Assembly: GCF_006345805.1 (NCBI RefSeq)
Contig: NC_042998.1
Coordinates: forward strand, 14,942,001 to 15,006,000
Direction of reading: 5' to 3'
Source of the DNA: Octopus sinensis
Taxonomy: Eukaryota
Length of the DNA: 64,000 nt
Below are positions 11,937 to 24,815 of this stretch, piece after piece. Position numbers and translations under genes: made by a program. The notes beneath the pieces were generated by a model. That model searched no databases. It saw nothing but the letters and a program-made list of their open reading frames with translations, and was not told the DNA's origin. The first letter of the stretch is position 1; every line of letters starts with the position of its first letter.

Positions 11937-12912
11937 TTGAGTTGTCCGGAAAGTTCGTTCCGATTTTTAAAGGAAAGAAAAAGGTCAATAAATACTTGCC
12001 ATTACATTTTTCACCAACCAAATATGAACCATTTGGTTGCACAATGCGTCTCCATCTTTCCTTTAACTTGAAAATACCCTCTTCCCAGAATTGAGGTGGT
12101 TTCATGGCAAAGAATTCATCAAGGTATCTTTTTACGTCATCCAAGGAATTGAAATTTTTATCCTTAAGACTATTCTGCAGAGACCTGGATAAGTGGAAAT
12201 CCGAAGGAGCAATATCTGGTGAATATGGAGGGTGGGGTAATACATCCCAGCCGAGCTGCAGCAATTTTTGTCTGGTTCCCAAAGTATCAAGTGCCGAAAA
12301 TGAACTTTCTTATCTTCCATTTTAAAGGGTTACAGAATTAACACAGGTTATATGAACATAAACCTTCTTTCACGAAAAGATAACTTAAACTGTGCTCTAA
12401 ATGAAGGTGGAGTCAAATCCTATTTATGGACTCTTTTACTCTTTTACTTGTTTCAGTCATTTGACTGTGGCCATGCTGGAGCACCGCCTTTAGTCTAGCA
12501 AATCGACCCCAGGACTTATTCCTTGTAAGCCTAGTACTTATTCCATCTGTCTCTCTGCCGAACCGCTAAGTTACGGGGACGTAAACACACCAGCATCGGT
12601 TGTCAAGCGTTGTTGGGGGGACAAACACAGACGCACAAACATATACACACACATATATATACATATATATACGTATATACGACGGGCTTCTTTCAGTTTC
12701 CGTCCACCAAGTCCACTCACAAGGCTTTGGTCAGTCCGAGGCTATAGTAGAAGACACATGCCCAAGGTGCCACGCAGTGGGACTGAACCCGGAACCATGT
12801 GGTTGGTAAACAAATTGCTTACCACACAGCCACTCCTACGCCTCAACCAGGTTCTAAAATAAGTCGAAAGGTAAGCTACTATATATCGGCACGAACTTTC
12901 CGGACAACCCAA
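11937..12912 (-). mobile_element. Internally deleted mariner with both TIRs
   Basis: TIRs TTGAGTTGTCCGGAAAGTTCGTTCCGAT (11937) and ATCGGCACGAACTTTCCGGACAACCCAA (ending 12912). N-terminus MEDKKVHFRHLILWE is fused to the C-terminus TRQKLLQLGWDVLPHPPYSPDIAPSDFHL...FWEEGIFKLKERW. Confidence 0.9.
12431..12843 (-). mobile_element. SINE family A nested in mariner
   Basis: tRNA-like head, CORE-like CTTGGGCA..TGTCTT segment, central TA/TG microsatellite, (GTAAAAGA)n tail. Confidence 0.9.
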
Positions 12913-13140
12913 AATATATGTGTGTGTGTGCGTGTGTGTATATTGCGTGCGTGGTGTGTGTGTGCGTGTGTGTGTGTGTGTGTGTATACGCATGCGTGCA
13001 AAGTTAAGATATTCTTGTGACTCTATGTACCCAATATAATAATGTAACAATTAGAAATACGCATACAAACAAAGCATACGATGTAAAGTACATGGAAATT
13101 GGTCTGCACATTTATATATAACCTACCGTTTATACATAAA

Positions 13141-13536
13141 CTAGCAGTATCGCCCGGCGTTGCTCGGGTTTGTAAGGGAAATAACTATATAAGCATTTTT
13201 AAAGATCTAAAGTATAATAGCCATCTCAATATGGCTAACCACAAAGAGGGGTGTTACTGTAGCTTTTTACGTTCTGAGATTTAATAATACATTTTTAGAG
13301 AGTTACTTCCCTTATATAATAGCAAAAAATGCATTAAAAATGGGAAAAAATGATGGTAATTTTTTTTTAAATCGTAGACTCATCGTAGACGCGCGCTAAT
13401 ACCCAGAAGGACTCGATATGAATCACGACTATAAGATACCCGGTTTTGGTTACACTGCACCGCAAAATGTGGGAGTAGTTAGGAATCTAAATCGTAGGAG
13501 ACAGACAGCACACAACCTCACTTTTATATATAAAGA
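13141..13536 (-). mobile_element. Non-autonomous Helitron-like element
   Basis: On the minus strand it begins A|TC (TCTTTATATATAAAAG) and ends with hairpin CCCGAGCAACGCCGGG followed by CGATACTGCTAG|T. The same 3' end occurs at 34780-34841 and 37965-38333. Confidence 0.75.
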
Positions 13537-13944
13537 TACACACAAAGCTAGTTAGATGCATAAAGAAAGTGTGCGCACAATCACAATCATAACAGCAATG
13601 GACGTAGATGATAAGGATTATAGTTGAGCTTATTCATATTAAGATTAAAGCGAGCAATAGTATAACAGATACAAGCCGTCTGTATGCTTAGAGGAATTAA
13701 GTTGTGTACGGAGATGAAATTATAGAATTTCTAATAATTATGAAGATAATAAACCAAAGAAAGTAAGAGAAATGAAACAAGTTAGTAATTAGACGCCTGT
13801 TAGGGCCAAGGAAGATTATCAGAAAAGGTTTTAAGCATTTGAAAGACTATTGAAAGCTAGTGGGATGCCTAAAGGTTACATGCATTAATCCGCTAACCAC
13901 ATTAATTCTACCATGAATAAAAACAAACCTGAGTCGAATCAATA

Positions 13945-14066
13945 ATCATGATAATGATAATAATAATAATAATAATAATAAGTAATAATAATAATAATGA
14001 TAATAATAATGATAAGTAATAATAATAATAATAATAATAATAATTATAATAATAGTAGTAGTAGTA

Positions 14067-14097
<31 letters not shown>

Positions 14098-14428
14098 GTA
14101 ATAATAATAATAATAATAATACGTAATAATAATAATAATAGTAGTAGTAGTAGTAATAATAATAATAATAATAATAAGTAATAATAATAATAATAATAAC
14201 AATAATAATAAGTAATAATAATAATAAGTAATAATGATAATAATAATAATAATAATAATAACAATAATAATAAGTAATAATAATAATAATAAGTAATAAT
14301 AATAATAATAATAATAACAATAATAATAAGTAATAATAATAATAAGTAATAATAATAATATAATAATAATAATAAGTAATAATAATAATAATAAGTAATA
14401 ATAATAATAATAATAAGTAATAATAATG

Positions 14429-14482
<54 letters not shown>

Positions 14483-14501
14483 TAATAAGTAATAATAATA
14501 A

Positions 14502-14541
<40 letters not shown>

Positions 14542-14560
14542 TGATGATGATGATGATGAT
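13945..14560. repeat. ~600-bp (AAT)n array with recurrent AAGT interruptions, ending in (GAT)n
   Basis: Direct reading. Confidence 0.95.
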
Positions 14561-14814
14561 CCTTTCTGCTATAGGCACAAGGCCCAACATTTAGTCGACC
14601 TTGCCGGAATTTGAACTGAGAAGGTGAAGATGGACGAAATACCGGCGTGCAAACGATTCTGCTAAGTTCATCGCCCTTATAATAATAGTAATAATTACAC
14701 TAATAGTAATCATAACAGCAACAACAGCAGCAGCAGCAGCAACAACAATAACAACAACAACAGCAGCAGCAGCAATAACAACAACAACAGCAACAATAAT
14801 AATAATTATTATTA

Positions 14815-15235
14815 TTGTAGACTAATAGATGTAAGTGTTCCCACTGATTAAAATATACCTATAAAGGAACTTGACAAATTAAGTAAATATAAGGCCCTGG
14901 AAATCGAAATACAAAAGATGTGGCATCTTAAAGCGAGAGCTGTTGCTGTTATTGTGGGTGCCCTAGGTATGAAAAGCAAAGGATGTCAAAAAACATCTAG
15001 ATAACATCCCAGGAGAACCATCTCTCAGAGAATTCCCAAAGATTGTGCAAACAAGTACTGACAACGTCATTAGAAAAACCCTATCAATTTGAACGTCTGT
15101 GTTGTATTACATAAGGAGAACTCGCTACTGCCCCCCTGCCACTTCCCCTACTCAAGCTTTCAGTCATACTGTGACATCTCTTATCCTTCACATGCTCTAG
15201 GGCGCTTGATGTGTCTCGGGGCAAGTGATTGTAAC
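14815..15235 (+). mobile_element. R4/Dong-like LINE 3' end (REL endonuclease C-terminus and 3' UTR)
   Basis: RLIDVSVPTD*NIPIKELDKLSKYKALEIEIQKMWHLKARAVAVIVGALG...IPGEPSLREFPKIVQTSTDNVIRKTLSI*. Confidence 0.75.
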
Positions 15236-15269
15236 AAACATGCAGATTAAGAGTAAATAATAAATGATG

Positions 15270-15373
15270 ATGATACTACTACTACTACTACTACTAGTAG
15301 TACTACTACCACCACCACCACCACTACTGCGACTACTACTAATAATAATACTAATACTACCATCACCACTACC

Positions 15374-15423
<50 letters not shown>

Positions 15424-15536
15424 CACCACCACCACCATCACCCCTACTACTACCACCACCACCACCACCCCCCCTACCACCACCACCACCACCACCACCA
15501 CCACCCCTACTACCACCACCACCACCACCACCACCC

Positions 15537-15590
<54 letters not shown>

Positions 15591-15592
15591 GT
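15270..15592. repeat. (TAC)n/(CAC)n compound trinucleotide repeat
   Basis: Direct reading. Confidence 0.95.
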
Positions 15593-15949
15593 ACCAGGCA
15601 GTGACTCTCATGGTTCTTGATCTTAACTGACTGGAAGTGTTATCAAGTACATTGTTTTGTCTTGGTATAAATGATGGGCTACAGCAAATATTCCACTCAA
15701 TACCACAGATTTTGCTTGTCAGTTTCTTGACCTTAACATATTGACAAAAGATTGTCTTAACTGGTTCGTCACATGTATTGAGAAGAACATTGTCACTGTG
15801 AATTTTCTTAACTTTTCACCCTTTTATTTCCTTTTTTTTCCTTTTTCCTTTTTTTTCAGTTTTTCCTTTTCCTCTTTGCTTTTTCTACCCCCTTTTCTCT
15901 ATCCCCTGACTTTGTAAAGGAACAATCTGATGTCTTTATTTTAATGGCC

Positions 15950-16240
15950 AACCAATTTCTCTGGCCTAGGTGTCAAGAAAACACTCGGCAAGAAATGGAA
16001 ACAAAACCGAAAGAAGATGATAATGGTAATACTAATAATAAACGGTACAAACAAATTTTTTTACCTGATCTCTGGGAAACCATCAGTCTACGAGGTTCAA
16101 AAAATTGTATTGACATCAACCGCTCACCTTCTAAGGAAGTTTCTCTCCATCTAGCATATTCGTACCTAAGGTCTCTCGCTGAAACCTTTCCGGAAGATGA
16201 AATAAACTGGAAATCAAACGAAAAGTAAATAATAATTTAC
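15950..16240 (+). mobile_element. Second R4/Dong-like 3' end fragment
   Basis: SGKPSVYEVQKIVLTSTAHLLRKFLSI* (~16070-16153), homologous to the end of the 14815 fragment, followed by a short TAA tail. Confidence 0.62.
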
Positions 16241-16632
16241 TGCGTGGTAAGCAGCTTGCTAACCAACCACATGGTTCCGGGTTAAGTCCCACTGCGTGGC
16301 ATCTTGGGCAAGTGTCTTCTGCTATAGCCCTGGGCCGACCAATGCCTTGTGAGTGGATTTGGTAGACGGAAACTGAAAGAAGCCTGTCGTATATATATAT
16401 ATATAAGTGTGTGTGTATATGTTTGTGTGTCTGTGTTTGTCCCCTTAGTATTGCTTGACAACCGATGCTGGTGTGTTTACGTCCCCGTCACTTAGCGGTT
16501 CGGCAAAAGAGACCGATAGAATAAGTACTGGGCTTACAAAAAATAAGTCTCGGGGTCGATTTGCTCGACTAAAGGCGGTGCTCCAGCATGGCCGCAGTCA
16601 AATGACTGAAGCTAGTAAAAGAATAAAAGAGT
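16241..16632 (+). mobile_element. SINE family A
   Basis: High similarity to other family A copies. Confidence 0.9.
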
Positions 16633-16648
16633 AATATGTACGGCAATT

Positions 16649-16975
16649 CTTAAGACTCCGCCGGTTACGGACGACGAGGGTCCCAGCTGATACGATCAAC
16701 GGAACAGCTTGCTCGTGAAATTAACGTGCAAATGGCTGAGCATTCCACAGACACGTGTACCCTTAACGTAGTTCTCGGGGATAATCAGCGTGACACAGAG
16801 AGTGACAAGCTGACCCTTTGAAATACAAGTACAACTCATTTTTGCCAGCTGAGTGGACTGGAGCAACGTGAAATAAAGTGTCTTGCTCAAGGACACAACG
16901 CGTCGCCGGGAATCGAACTCGCAACCTTACGATCATGAGCCGAATGCCCTAACCACTAAGCCACGCGCCCTCACC
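16649..16975 (-). mobile_element. SINE family C2 (different tRNA head and CORE-like body, family C tail)
   Basis: Head GTGAGGGCGCGTGGCTTAGTGGTTAGGG...GAGTTCGATTCC, body GTCCTTGAGCAAGACACTTT. 11-bp TSD GTACGGCAATT at 16638-16648 and 16976-16986. Confidence 0.88.
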
Positions 16976-17193
16976 GTACGGCAATTAGTAAATTAATATA
17001 TAAGCTATAGAAAAAGGGACATTACTGGGGTATTACTATTATGCAAAGATTTCATTTAAGGAAGATCTTGAATCTATTATGGTTATATGACAGAAGAAAT
17101 TCTGAACGTTTTACTAATAAACCGTCTTTTAGAAAAGATTTATTTTTGGCTTCGATACTTTATAACTTTCCTACTATTTTATCACAAGTGTAG

Positions 17194-17594
17194 TGGAGGC
17201 GCAATGTCCCAGTGGTTAGGGCAGCGGACTCGCGGTCGTAGGATCGCGGTTTCGATTCCCAGACCGGGCGTTGTGAGTGTTTATTGAGCGAAAACACCTA
17301 AAAGCTCCACGAGGCTCCGGCAGGGGATGGTGGTGATCCCTGCTGTACTCTTTCACCACAACTTTCTCTCGCTCTTTCTTCCTGTTTCTCTTGTACCTGT
17401 ATTTCAAAGGGCCGGCCTTGTCACTCTCTGTGTCACGCTGAATATCCCCGAGAATTACGTTAAGGGTACACGTGTCTGTGGAGTGCTCAGCCACTTACAC
17501 GTTAATTTCACGAGCAGGCTGTTCCGTTGATCGGATCAACCGTAACCCTCGTCGTCGTAACCGACGGAGTGCTTCCAAAAAAAAAAAAAAAAAA
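17194..17594 (+). mobile_element. SINE family C, full length with poly(A)
   Basis: A box and B box head. 13-bp TSD ATCACAAGTGTAG at 17181-17193 and 17595-17607. Confidence 0.93.
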
Positions 17595-18338
17595 TCACAA
17601 GTGTAGGGTGAGGCATGTTTCACCAGGATCTGTTTAAAGTTGAAAGGAACAACACACTCCTTCAATTTCCTTTCATAAACGAATATTCTAAACGAATATT
17701 CGTGAGAATAACAATTTTGAGTGAATCGGAAGTGAGGTTGATTAAACTTTATTTGTGTATAGATGCAACATAACACTTATAAGATTAAAATTTAACTATA
17801 TCAATAGAGCTTATATAAATAATGACATATATTGCAAAGTTTTTATTCATGAGGAACACTTAAAATGCATTCAAATGTCTCAGGAAACCCTACGAAATGT
17901 TATAATATATATTTAGCTTTTTCCTCTTACATGAAGTTTGAATTCTTAAGAGATTAAAATAATCCTAAAATATTCTTTGAAGGATTCGACTGTGCTAAAT
18001 TCAATAGATTCCACGAAGACTATTTAAGAAATTTCGTCTTAGCGGAAACTATTTAAACCAGATTCGTTTGAAATTCTCAATTAAGAGATAATTTTCTCTT
18101 GTAAGGTTTCTTTGCAACATACAGATTCTTACATTTCAATTATGTTTCGCGTGGATTTTAGAATTATGAAGGCTTGGGCGTGGCTGTGTGGTAAGACATT
18201 TGCTTCCCGACCACACAGTTTCGAGTTCAGTCTCACTGCGCGGGGCGGCACTTTGGGCGAATATCTTCTGCTATAGCCTCGTGCTAACCAAAGCCTTGCG
18301 AGTGAATTTAACTGACGGAAACTGAGAGAAGCCAGTCG

Positions 18339-18381
<43 letters not shown>

Positions 18382-18383
<2 letters not shown>

Positions 18384-19090
18384 GGGTTGGACAAAATAAT
18401 GGAAACACCTTAAAATTTCAAACAAATTTATTTTAGTATGGTGTAGGACCGCTTTTGGCAGTAATTACAGTTTGAATTTTACGAGGTGTGGACTCATGCA
18501 TAATTTGAATTGTTTCCAAAGGAATTTTGGTCCATTCTTCAGCTAAAACAGTCTCTAGTTCTTGGAGTGATGATGGTGGAGGATATCAACTTGTTTTTCT
18601 AAAATGCACCATAAATGTTCAATAATATTGAAATCTGGGGTCTGTGGTGGCCAGATAAGATGTTAAACTTCACTAGAATGTTCCTCGTGCCATTCAGTAA
18701 CAACTTTAGCTGTGTGAATTGGTGCATTATCATCCTAAAAGATTGCGTTGTCCCCCGGAAACAGTTCCGCTACCATATGATTAATTTGATCAGATTAAAT
18801 AGTCTTGACTCTTAATTCTGCCATGAAGGGAAACCATTGGGCCGGCGGATTTCCAAGATATAGCCCCTCTCCACCAGATCATCACAGATCATCCTCCATG
18901 TTTAACAGCTAGAAGAAGGCAGTCTGGGTCAAATGCTTCTTTTGGCTGTCTCCACACGTATACTCGGCCGGTGGTCGGAAATAAGGTAAAAGATGACTCG
19001 TCCGAGAAAAAAACATTCTTCTACTACTCTAGGGACCAATTCTGTAGGTTTTTACTCCACTCTAAACGCTTTGCAACGTTTGTTTTTTAA
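18382..19090 (-). mobile_element. Tc1-like transposon, 3' half with TIR
   Basis: TIR AGGGGTTGGACAAAATAATGGAAACACC next to (TA)n. Minus strand encodes NVFFSDESSFTL...VKHGG*SVMIW...F*DDNAPIHTAK...WPPQTPDFNIIEHLW...EEWTKIP...TAKSGPTPY*. Confidence 0.9.
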
Positions 19091-20017
19091 AGTAGTGGTT
19101 TATCATCTCCACTATCCTCGACTTCATTATATAGAATATAAATATACCTCAGATTACGCTTCGAGGTCGACTTTGCTTTTCATCCGTTCAGGGTCGATAA
19201 AATAAGTGCAAGTCACATTCTGGGGTCGATGTTATCGATTTTCCTGCTTCGCCCAAAACTGTTTGTCTTGCGTCAAAATTAGTAAGAATTATGTTGGTTG
19301 TGTGTTGCAGTCCTAGAAAAACGGTTCTGTAATTTCTTGCTAAACGATCTGCACAAAGGATTTGCTTATAGTAATCAAATGTATGCGCTTGGCCCCCGTG
19401 CCATCCGTCCACTACAGAAATCATGTTCTTGTCGCATCACAACACTGTGACAGAACTATTTCACCTCAGTTCACATAGAGGAGGACAGTGATTTCACGTC
19501 ATTCAAACGGTTCCTAGATGATTACCTCAACAAATACCAGACAAGTCACCCGCAACCGGATATGTCTCTGAAAACAATAACTCTCTTCTCTGCTGGAATG
19601 GGCTATGGTGTCCAAGAGCTGACTGTGTATCTCTTCCAGGTGGAGCTATTATATTAGACATGGCCCAAACTTATCTAAGTAATTAACATTAGCTCATTCC
19701 CCCGCCATAAAATCGACGTTACCTGAACAGGTGCACGGTGTACCACACGACGAGTGGCAGAAGCGATTGTGGAACGATGCGAGATGAAGTGTTTCGCCCA
19801 AGAACACAGCATGCTTCTCAGTCCACGATTTGAAAACGCGACTTCACGATCGCGAGTGCGACTCCACAACCACTAGGCCATGCACTCTCAACAGAAAGAA
19901 TTATAAAGAATTATATAGATTATAAAACACAACGAACTTTCAAGCATCTCCTGCCAGTTTCTTTTTTCTCACGTAACCTGTGAGAAGAATTATATGGCTT
20001 AGTAATTCTGTTCAGAC

Positions 20018-20072
<55 letters not shown>

Positions 20073-20455
20073 CACAAGCATTTATATATCTTTGAGAAAT
20101 CGTTTTTATTTAGCTATTATACTTGAAAAGCAACACGTGTTCATGTTGATCTTTTTTTTTTGTAACATTTAGTATTGTGATTCCAATATTGTTATACTTA
20201 GCTTTTGGCAGGAAAGACTTCTTCGTATTTTCAATTATTTACTAATCTCTAAGCACTCGTTTCTCAACGGAAGTGTTTTTGCCAATGTACATACATATAT
20301 ATACATTTCTCTCACCCTTTACCTGAATACATACATACATACATGTGTATATATATATATGCATATATATATGTCATCTATATGTACTCTATGTATATAT
20401 GCATATATATATATATACATACGTACATATATATATATATATATATACATATAAA

Positions 20456-20503
<48 letters not shown>

Positions 20504-20599
20504 ATATATACATATATATTATATATATATATACACACACACCATATATATGTTTACACATGCATATAAATATATGTATACTTACAAACACACATAATA

Positions 20600-20642
<43 letters not shown>

Positions 20643-21039
20643 ATATATATATATATACATAGATACATATATGCTTGCATGCACGCATACATACATACAC
20701 ACATACATACATACATACATACATACATACATACATACATACATACATACATGCATGCATACATACATACATACATACATACATACATACATACATACAT
20801 ACATACATACATGCATACATGCATACATACATACATGCATACATGCATACATACATACATACATACATACATGCATACATGCATACATACATACATACAT
20901 ACATACATACATACATACATACATACATACATACAAACTATTGACTTTGTCGGAGGAGAAAGTGTTTTTGCTGCCAAGAAATTCCGTGATTCGAACATCT
21001 GTTTCGATTGTCGAAGTTTTTAAAAAGTGTAAGAAATTA

Positions 21040-21086
21040 GTTATTTCCCTGATGAGACCGTTAATACTGGAGAAATTTCAAATAAC
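21040..21086 (+). ncRNA. Degenerate hammerhead-like motif
   Basis: GTTATTT..CTGATGA(21049-21055)-GACCGTTAATACTGGA-GAAA-TTTC-AAATAAC. Stem I is 7 bp but offset by 2 nt. Confidence 0.4.
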
Positions 21087-22175
21087 GAGAGCAAAAAAAA
21101 AAAATAAAAGAAATAATAAAAAAAATAAAAGAGAAAAGGGGACTATAAAGAAATAAAAAAAAAGAACATAACAAAAATAAAGCTAAGTAAAAAAAAAAGA
21201 CAAGAAACATTGGTTGGCAACCGTTTTATTTTACTATTGTCATGTTGATAAGGAAAGCAGCGCTGGGAAAACAAGAGATGATGAGAATCGAAGGGGGATC
21301 TGAGATGAGAGAATATTAAAGAAACATCTTTTCAGCTCCCTTGTTTGTTGGTTTAGTTTTCGAGTTGCCCTTGAGGGAGTCTTTTGTTTATTAATTACTT
21401 AGATATTCTCAATTGATCGAAGTTTTTCGTCTCACTATATCACCTACGCGAGACACTGCTCTATTTGTATTTGTATTACGCTTAATGATCTCTCCTGAAC
21501 TTTGTTAATATTTGACTAGGTTGTATGTAGATTCGGTAAATTGGAAGAATATTTTAAAAAGACAGACAATACGCCATGTTTTGAACAGAAATTCATGTGC
21601 CAATCACAGACGAAACTTTACTGTTTTCGAATGAAACAATACTACGTTCATCAACGTTTTCTGAGGACGAGATCCCTCTTGTAAATGACACAGTGATAGA
21701 AGCCTGGCTTTGTGAAAGATGTGCTGGTGATCAATTAAAGAAGGAGAAAGATTCAAAGTGCTAAAGAAAGCTGTTGCTATTTCACTTTTGAAACATTAAA
21801 AATGAATGCAATAAAATCGTAGTTGGCAGAGTGAGAGGAGTCTCTGTCATGGGAATGGAAAATATGTCAAAATTCTGAGATGTATTTCTGTAAAGGAAGA
21901 ATGAATAGGGAAAGAGAAAGGACGTTAGTGAAGTTTTTGGGGGTGATAGAAGATAGTTATAGTGGTACATTGTTTGGAGTAATATGAAGTTGTCAGGACC
22001 GGTATTACAATCTTGGTGTCTAGAGTTCGAATACTATCGAGTTCGAATACTATGATGTTATTTCATGATCTTTTACATTTTGACATAAAAGCCAGTGTGT
22101 GAGCCAAATTCTATATTTTAGCCTCCCTGGGGGTGGCGTCGATAAACGGTAATATTTGTTAAATATAATATATTT

Positions 22176-22582
22176 AGGCGGCGAGCTGGCAGAAATGTTG
22201 GCACGCCGGGCGAAATGCTTAGCAGTATTTCGTCTGCCGTTACGTTGTGGGTTCAAATTCCGCCGAGGTCGACTTTGCCTTTCATCCTTTCGAGGTCAAT
22301 AAATTAAGTACTAGTTAGGCATTGGGGTCGATATAATCGACTTAATCCGTTCGTCTGTCCTTGTTTGTCCCCTCTGTGTTTAGCCCCTTGTGGGTAGTAA
22401 AGAAATAGTTATTTCGTTTGCCGCTACGTTCTGAGTTCAAATTCCGCCGAGGTCGACTTTGCCTTTCATTCTTTCGGGGTCGATAAAATAAGTACCAGTT
22501 ACGCACTGGGGTCGATGAACCGACTTAATCCCTTTGTTTGTCCCCTCTGTGTTTAGCCCCTTGTGGGCAATAAAGAAATAAA
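22176..22582 (+). mobile_element. SINE family B followed by a 5'-truncated tandem second copy
   Basis: Full copy at 22176-22410, then the sequence restarts at ATTTCG..TGCCG..ACGTTCTGAG and ends with a second tail at ~22582. Confidence 0.88.
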
Positions 22583-23469
22583 ATGGAAATATCTGTTAAA
22601 TACTGAGGACAATTTCATAGACTGTGCTCTCCAGCATAACTTTCTGCCTATTTTTTCTGAAAGTGAAGATTCAGCTATTGAAGAATATATGCTGACATTT
22701 TGAGAGGGGAGGGGGGAGTGTGAGAAAGAGAGGGAGAGAAATAAAGAGAGAAGAGAAGAGAGAGGGAGATAAAGAAGGAAAGGAAAAAGAAGAGATATAT
22801 ACCGAGTTGAGTCGATATTGCAACGATTAGAGAAAAAGTTCTTCAGTCCTTTTTAAACCCTGATGGTTCATGGTTCTCGTACAGATTCACTTGCCATGTA
22901 TGACAATAAATACACCAAATAGTTTCTATGGCAATTTGTCAAAACCCGAACAGGTGAAAATGCTTATTCCTCTTATAGAGGCAGAGTACCACATGACTGA
23001 CAGTTCCCTTGCATTCACTGCTGAACATATCCCATCAATTTTGAGTTCCAAAATTTGATAAAATCCATCAAATAAATCCACGAAATTCGTCCTCGAGAGA
23101 TCTAACGATACAATGCTTGTTCTGATGCAGGAAAACAGCCGCAATAAATTTATGATTCCATTGAGAGCAGTGCATCATCGGCAATCAGATTTCTGACACT
23201 TTTGCCTTTTCCATTCACGAACATACCCATATATTTAACCAACTACCACCCACTTACAAAATGTCGGCCGGTTTTACTTCACTCTTTTAACTATTGCACA
23301 CTAAGCACAATGGCTGTCCAAGTATGATTACTTTGCAAAATCATTGCTCTGTCCACAAGTTCCGTCCAAGGAACAACAAGCAATTGAATCGAAGAAAACA
23401 AAGTAATGCAGGAGAAATCCTACTTGATAAATTTAGACTGTAGTACTGGAATAGAATATACTGTATATC

Positions 23470-23783
23470 TTCGTCGCCCTTTTCAAGCCTAATCAGGCTC
23501 ATGGGCCCGGTTTCCCGGTTTCTGTGGCGTATGTGTCCCCCCCACACCCAGCAGGACAGGACGCCAGTCCATCGCAGCGTTACTCAAGAAAGAGGAAGAG
23601 CAAGTGAGAGAAAGTTGTGGCGAAAGAGTACAAAAGGGGTCGCCACCACCCCCTGCCGGAGCCTCGTGGAGCTTTTAGGTGTTTTCGCTCAATAAACACA
23701 CACAACGCCCGGTCTGGAAATCGAAGCCGCGATCTCCCGACCGCGAGTCCGCTGCCCTAACCACTGGGCCATTGCGCCTCCAC
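23470..23783 (-). mobile_element. SINE with family C head and alternative tail
   Basis: Head as in 17194. Tail GATGGACTGGCGTCC...GAAACCGGGAAACCGGGCCCATGAGCC. Imperfect TSD TATACTGTWTAT. Confidence 0.85.
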
Positions 23784-24492
23784 TTATACTGTTTATACGA
23801 GTGAACAAGGTCTTTTTGTGTGGTTTTGTCACGGAGAACGGGGTTTAATTCATTTCAAGATTTCGAATAATCAATGACAAATTTTGCTACATCTACAGAA
23901 AGATATACTTATACTTGGACTGTTGGAGAATGAGGCCCATTGGAAGGCAACATAATTCGAAGCTTCTATATCTCAGTCAAAAGCATTGCAGCATGTTTTA
24001 CCATATTTTTCAAATGGTATGAACCATCCAATCCGCGTTTATATTTGGCTGAAATATAGTGATACTCTTGCCAAGTATTTCAACCATTAAGCTCAAAAGT
24101 TGTACCTCCTTCGTGGAAGAAGGTACAATTTAGAAGCTATCTCTAAATTTAGAAGCTATCTATAATCGATAATTCTATACGGAGGTCAATTACCTGACTA
24201 CTAAAAAAATTGAAACAGCTACCATATTATTGATAATAATGCATCTAAACTCATAAAAAATCCGACGTCTGTCTGTTCCATTCTTGACAGGATTTTGTAA
24301 TATGAAACTAGAATTTACTTGATTTTCATGGTAGAACTGGAAAGACATTGGTTGCTTACCAAAGACCATCAACATAAAGACATAAATATTACAGTTGTTT
24401 CTTTAGGCATTGCCGCTGCACACCTTTATGAGAGCCGTACAACATATCTGCTTTCAAGCTTCTCTTGGACTTAAACATAAAAGAGACACATT

Positions 24493-24815
24493 GTGGAGGC
24501 ACATGGCCTAGTGGTTAGAGCAGCGGACCTCGCAGTCGAAGGATCGCGGGTTCGAATCTCAGACCGGGCGATGTGTGTGTGTTTATGAGCGCAACACCTA
24601 AGCTCCACGCGGGTCCGGCAGAAGGTAATGGCGAACTTCTGCTGACTCTTTCGCCACAACTTTCTCTCACTCTTTCCTCCTGCATCTTGCAGCTCACCGG
24701 CGTCCCGTTCAGGTGGGGAACCTATGCGCCAAGGAAACCGGGAAACCGGCCCTATGAGCCAGGTATGTCTCGAGAAGGAACAAAAACAAAAAAAAACAAA
24801 CAAACAAAAAACAAA
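24493..24815 (+). mobile_element. SINE with family C-like head and alternative tail
   Basis: Similar to 32057-32328. A/CAAA tail. Confidence 0.85.

Noticed and set aside
16900-17280. tRNA genes suggested by A box and B box cloverleaf-like heads
   Set aside because: Each is the head of a SINE that continues into a shared body and tail and is bounded by TSDs.
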